Below, one piece after another: positions 60,301 to 64,000 of a stretch of DNA of 64,000 nt (the first letter of the stretch is position 1; the number at the start of each line of letters is the position of its first letter). The translations under genes and the position numbers were made by a program. The notes beneath the pieces are model-generated. The model was not told where the DNA came from. It saw nothing but the letters and a program-made list of their open reading frames with translations, and did not search any database. The DNA lies in the IMG/VR virus record IMGVR_UViG_3300031414_000001, positions 64,001-128,000 of that record. One strand, 5' to 3'. The DNA is from a virus. Lineage: Duplodnaviria > Heunggongvirae > Uroviricota > Caudoviricetes.

Positions 60301-63300
60301 GCTTATGTTACTGATGAAAATGGTGATCTAGTTCCTAGTGGACTATGGGATACTACTTCTGGTCAAGGTGACGCAAGTACTGGTACAATCCTACATGGTA
60401 GTCGTGCTGGTCAATATGATCAATACAAACGTTTTGGTACACAACCATTTGAACTAGTTAGTACTGGTACATTTGCTTCTGATGGTGAAGAAATCTTCGA
60501 ACTAAATCTTATTGCTCCTGAAGTACTAGGTCTAGTTAGTGGTGCTCTATCTCATGTTAGTGAGCCTTGGGCTTACGGTGATATGGGTGAGATGGAATTC
60601 ACTTATATGAATACTGTAATGTACGCATACGATAAGGTTATGGCTCTACTACGTGCTAAACCAGGTCAATTTGCTAACTACTTCTATGATACTAAGGGAA
60701 GTACTATTCAAGAAATTACCAGTGATGGTTATCAATTCTTGTATGGTGAATCCAACAAACGTTTGAATTTCAACAGTACAGCTATTGTTCATGGTGAAAA
60801 TAATCAACGTATTCTTGGATACCAAACATGGGTAAGTGATTACCTAACGTATCAAAATAAAAACATAACTACAAACTATGGTGACATTCTTCGTTCGTCT
60901 TACATTAATGTCGGTCATCGTATTGGTGGATATACTAAACAAGATCAGCTAACATTCAGTTCTGATTCATTTGGTTTAGTGTCTCAAGAAAACCAACACA
61001 TCGGTCTAGTTAAGAGTTCTGCTTTCCGTGATGAAGCACTAAGTGCTGTTAAGATTCAATGGACAGGTTCTGGATTCGCAATTAGTGGATATGACCTTGT
61101 AGGTGCTAAACTAAATTATAAATTACCAAACAAAACTGGTCGTCGTGTATCAGTGACAGTTGGTAAACGTTCTGTTGTTCATTATAACGAGTACCTTGAA
61201 CAGTACGGTTCATATGAATATGGAACACTACTTAAGACTTTCCAAGAAGTTTATACCTTCTTGTGTGGTTACGGTGAATATCTGGAAGATAGAGGCTGGA
61301 TTTTTGAGGATGTTGATACTGATGGTGTTACTCAAGATTGGTCAGTAATTGGTAAAGATTTCATCTCATGGAGTGCAACATCTCCAGCAGTTGGTGAATT
61401 TATTTCCGTTTCTCCAAGTACTAAGAACGCAAAATTCGGTACTGCTTTCGGTTCAGTTCAATCCGTAACACAATTTAATGGTGGAGTATGGTCATTACTT
61501 GATGATACAAACACTGGTATTCGTCCATTTGAAATTGATACATCTCGTATCGGTAACGTATTCAGCGTTCGCGTTGAAGATGATATTGATAAGCGTATGG
61601 CTCTAATTCGCGTTAGCGTTGTTTCATATGAACATGCTGTAATCTTTGATGACAGAACTATCTTCGGAAACGACATTTATCTTCCTAAGTACGGTGTAAT
61701 ACATGAAATGCTTAAAATGTATGGATATGTAACCGGATCATGGAATGGTCGTCTAGAAGCTAAAGGATTCATTATCCTAGAAGCTGGTACAATGCCAGAT
61801 TTCGAAAAACTAGTTGATGACTTCAGAAGTTATTACGATACTGACCATCCAGTAGACAACGTTACTCTACGTAACCTTGCTCGTCATTTGATTGGATTCC
61901 AGACTCGTGATTATATTTCTCAAATGATTACAAGTGATACCTCACAAATTGATTTTTATAAAGGCTTTATCCGTGACAAAGGTACTAACCAAGTGTTTGA
62001 ACGTGTACTTCGTGTATCTAAATCGTACAACACTGATAACTACAAAGCGTTACAGGAATGGGCATTTAAAATTGGTGAATATGGTAATATCTACGGTAAG
62101 AAACACCTACAGTTCCAACTAATCAATAATGAGTTCGCTCAAGAACCTCAAATGTTTACATTTGATTCTCTAGCAACTTCTGATAGTACTGAGAACAATA
62201 TTGTGTACTACGGTACTCAAGGTGAAGATTCTCGCTGGATTACTCGTCCTAATGGTACATTTGCGTTCCCTACCCGTACAGGTAAGAGTGAGCGTATCCA
62301 TCTACCAGATATTGGACCAGTAACACTAGACGAAGTATCTTACAGTACTCGTGATTTTACTACAGCTTATGCTGACCGTCTATCCTTTATCACTAATACG
62401 GATACAACACCTACTTCGGTATGGGTATTCCGTGATATGGATAACAACTGGAACATTTATGAACTAGAAAATACTGGAATCACTCTTTCTTCTATTACAC
62501 CAATTGGTGAAGATAGTTATACCGGAAACCACTGTACTTTACAACTAAGTGCGGCACACGGTATGGAAGATGGCGATTACTTCTTCTTCGTTGACGAATC
62601 TGAATATATGCCAGATTTGCTAAAAGCGGAAACTCAGTACTTTACAACTGGATCTGATCCAACTAGCTTCGTAATTCCATTGAACGTAACTAATACTATC
62701 AGTTTCGCAGACAATAATCCAGTACTATATCGTTATGTCAATCGTTTCAGCACTGCTGCCGAGAAGACTGCGTATACTACTCAGAAATATTCCTACGAAG
62801 CACCGGAAAGTACTTTGTTCGTTCGCCCAACTACGTACAATAATGAAACTAACGTGACTGAATTGTACATGAACGTCTATGACCCAATCAACGGAGTTAT
62901 CCCTGGTAGCATCATGGCTGACGTAACTTACGTAAGTCCAGTTGACCCTGCTAAGTATAACAGTGAAGATGAAACGGTACAAGCATGGGGTTCAGAAAAA
63001 GTTGGTTTAGTATGGTGGAATACAACTAATGCGTTCTTTATGGACTATACCCGTCCAATTTATGCTGCTGATGGTACAGTGGATGAAGAAGCAACCAATA
63101 GCTATAAACGCTATAATTGGGGTAAACTACTACCAAATTCTGAAATTAACGTTCTAGAATGGGTAGCATCTCCATATCCTCCATATGAATGGGATAAGTA
63201 CTGTGAACGTCAGGCTAAGTTAAACAAGGATAATACAGCTTGGGTTCCAAGTGGTGAAGCAATTGAAGACTTCTTCTCCGTATTCCAAGAATACGATGAA

Positions 63301-64000
63301 AGTACTAATGCTTATAAGACAGTTTACTATTTTTGGGTTAAAAACGCAATCTACGTTCCAAAAGTTAAGAACCGTAATAAACCATGTAATGAATTGGCAC
63401 GTACAATTCAAGATCCATCGCTACTAAATGCTCCTTGGTTCGCACCAATTAGTACTAATTCATTCATCATCAGTGGACTTCAACAAGAAATCACCGATGA
63501 TAAGAGCATTCTAAGTATTACATATCAAAATGATGCTACTGAAGTTGTGAAACATGAACAGTATCAACTATGTAAAGAAGGAATGGATTATAATTTCAAC
63601 CCTGTTATTTGGAATTCAATGTGGAATTCTCTACTATCTCAAGAAACTCTACCTAATGGTACAGTACTTGAATTGAATTATCCAACTAACGATAACGGTA
63701 TTTTGCCTGGAGAAACTTGGTTCCAAGATGTGATTGAAGCACGTAGAACCTTCGTAGATTCAGCTAACGCAATTTACAAAACAACTAACGTAACAACTGA
63801 CGCAGTAACAATGGCTGAAGTGTTTAACGTGAAAACTGTAGAAGAAAACCCAAATCTTATCAGTTTTAAAGTACTAAACTATAATAACGAACTTGTAATT
63901 AATCCATCAACTGATGCTTTCGTTGAAAATGACGCAGTATTAGTGAGTTCAAATGGTACTCTACCATCGCCGTTGGATTCATCAACTGTGTACTTCGTAC
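57382..64000 (+). CDS. Very large virion/baseplate protein (gp7-like position), more than 2200 aa, runs off window; not in ORF track
   Basis: GGAGA SD, ATG 57382 (MANEFKFQASK...), late box; frame spot-checked open to the end; YKGFIRDKGT and QEWAFKIGEYG motifs; follows gp6. Confidence 0.85.
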   Translation, partial: MANEFKFQASKVAEAVNQKLFIKRLPEWMQGLEQIQMFCDDIIQQWFNPADEEIVDGYIGDRGSPAASGKIFLNELDLQRQDYQFSPAYVSRNDDTSVRSLQFYPDLVGYLEHYGALTENQARLLSGKYYSWTPPINPNKLQNFSSYLWDTENEYGISPDYIVMERGALNGNTWSLQNFWYTIGQTLPDGTVVTEQMAQGNRFRRAQVPIIEFNKNIELMNYGTRYRGDVDYLSDSIKPEDIVQKNVGNNVRVDGYVLQAGDRILFTSIGNAGENNRIYKVYIKQMADGTRVYGLVLDEDEETTARPTGEPLTGDVVLVRSGNVYGNTAVYWNGREWTEAQAKTGVNEFPLFQLYDKNGIKLDNSTAYPSSTFTGSNLFGLKINYNYGMDKIYQEHVELSEYNYYIFENFLQTVRYTYSKAGALTEIPGLYFYNVISEDTNGALVQNLNSDWVRSPEESKQTVRQVPEVTKSSMYRVFNTVSEMNLFKSPVENMYAYVIENDSTYKYYQPSNSTFMKWNIISDVAIQSDLYQSTYELAQKIDPTNTDETLEVFFNGAKTFDYTTTLTADGLVDSITFNSTTSIVEDSIIEIVTYSPTKVPDLDLGSYQIPINLQNNPYNDFVDYIHQGEYTPHFLDIIGKNITTGSVNDLNNYELRLEAGLVDNSVGTKIIQNETSLLPLMLHSANENLDLFSAIIFTQYEYFRFKNKFNTQMMKMYTSDPASFMAESASNIVDLIFSAINVGKDNTFPFALDNVGSNTTTNKTFIPPTPQFLGILKAYTPEKATYVHVGSSIGCYNIDHMGVISKAYRVINGVDLMDDVLYELENRIFNSIDNTFKAIDFVPSMDSDFLKPTPYFENTAYTSDEYNSLELRGYVNFIATQGIDNSTHSYDQSNWMTWNYTGTTYVVNGQPTEIPARGSWRAIYTDMFGTYRPATHPWEMFGFSQRPDWFNQEYEPTKVRLGTATTEYVYVYPAYVTDENGDLVPSGLWDTTSGQGDASTGTILHGSRAGQYDQYKRFGTQPFELVSTGTFASDGEEIFELNLIAPEVLGLVSGALSHVSEPWAYGDMGEMEFTYMNTVMYAYDKVMALLRAKPGQFANYFYDTKGSTIQEITSDGYQFLYGESNKRLNFNSTAIVHGENNQRILGYQTWVSDYLTYQNKNITTNYGDILRSSYINVGHRIGGYTKQDQLTFSSDSFGLVSQENQHIGLVKSSAFRDEALSAVKIQWTGSGFAISGYDLVGAKLNYKLPNKTGRRVSVTVGKRSVVHYNEYLEQYGSYEYGTLLKTFQEVYTFLCGYGEYLEDRGWIFEDVDTDGVTQDWSVIGKDFISWSATSPAVGEFISVSPSTKNAKFGTAFGSVQSVTQFNGGVWSLLDDTNTGIRPFEIDTSRIGNVFSVRVEDDIDKRMALIRVSVVSYEHAVIFDDRTIFGNDIYLPKYGVIHEMLKMYGYVTGSWNGRLEAKGFIILEAGTMPDFEKLVDDFRSYYDTDHPVDNVTLRNLARHLIGFQTRDYISQMITSDTSQIDFYKGFIRDKGTNQVFERVLRVSKSYNTDNYKALQEWAFKIGEYGNIYGKKHLQFQLINNEFAQEPQMFTFDSLATSDSTENNIVYYGTQGEDSRWITRPNGTFAFPTRTGKSERIHLPDIGPVTLDEVSYSTRDFTTAYADRLSFITNTDTTPTSVWVFRDMDNNWNIYELENTGITLSSITPIGEDSYTGNHCTLQLSAAHGMEDGDYFFFVDESEYMPDLLKAETQYFTTGSDPTSFVIPLNVTNTISFADNNPVLYRYVNRFSTAAEKTAYTTQKYSYEAPESTLFVRPTTYNNETNVTELYMNVYDPINGVIPGSIMADVTYVSPVDPAKYNSEDETVQAWGSEKVGLVWWNTTNAFFMDYTRPIYAADGTVDEEATNSYKRYNWGKLLPNSEINVLEWVASPYPPYEWDKYCERQAKLNKDNTAWVPSGEAIEDFFSVFQEYDESTNAYKTVYYFWVKNAIYVPKVKNRNKPCNELARTIQDPSLLNAPWFAPISTNSFIISGLQQEITDDKSILSITYQNDATEVVKHEQYQLCKEGMDYNFNPVIWNSMWNSLLSQETLPNGTVLELNYPTNDNGILPGETWFQDVIEARRTFVDSANAIYKTTNVTTDAVTMAEVFNVKTVEENPNLISFKVLNYNNELVINPSTDAFVENDAVLVSSNGTLPSPLDSSTVYFV

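Overview
AT-rich (about 36% GC by eye), gene-dense segment of a large T4-related (jumbo) myovirus genome. Gene content and order best fit the RaK2/GAP32-like enterobacterial jumbo phages (inference, not searched). The left 40 kb is almost all on the minus strand. It carries replication/recombination genes (gp41 helicase, gp61 primase, a miniature DnaE-like polymerase, gp62-like subunit, UvsW, DEDDh exonuclease, UvsY, UvsX, gp32, RNase H, gp45-like clamp, family B polymerase), terminase plus a degenerate terminase paralog, GroES, a tail fibre, and the head cluster (gp23, gp22, gp21, core, gp20) with a tape-measure-like gene. The right part has gp26/gp51-like genes, Endo VII, gp46/gp47, gp55 and a plus-strand baseplate cluster ending in an ORF of more than 2200 codons that runs off the window. 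Best leads: (1) the palindrome AGTACT occurs about 160 times by eye versus about 20 expected; (2) a roughly 480-nt structured non-coding RNA (about 41970 to 41494, minus strand) with its own promoter and terminator, followed by a hairpin cluster, possibly a primer-RNA/origin; (3) a T TTT TTC -1 slippery site fusing the gp26-like and gp51-like ORFs; (4) an apparently inactive terminase-ATPase paralog; (5) an unannotated 51-aa peptide resembling the mature capsid N-terminal arm; (6) a ten-copy fixed-spacing promoter class. No tRNA, rRNA, CRISPR array, intron or intein was recognised.
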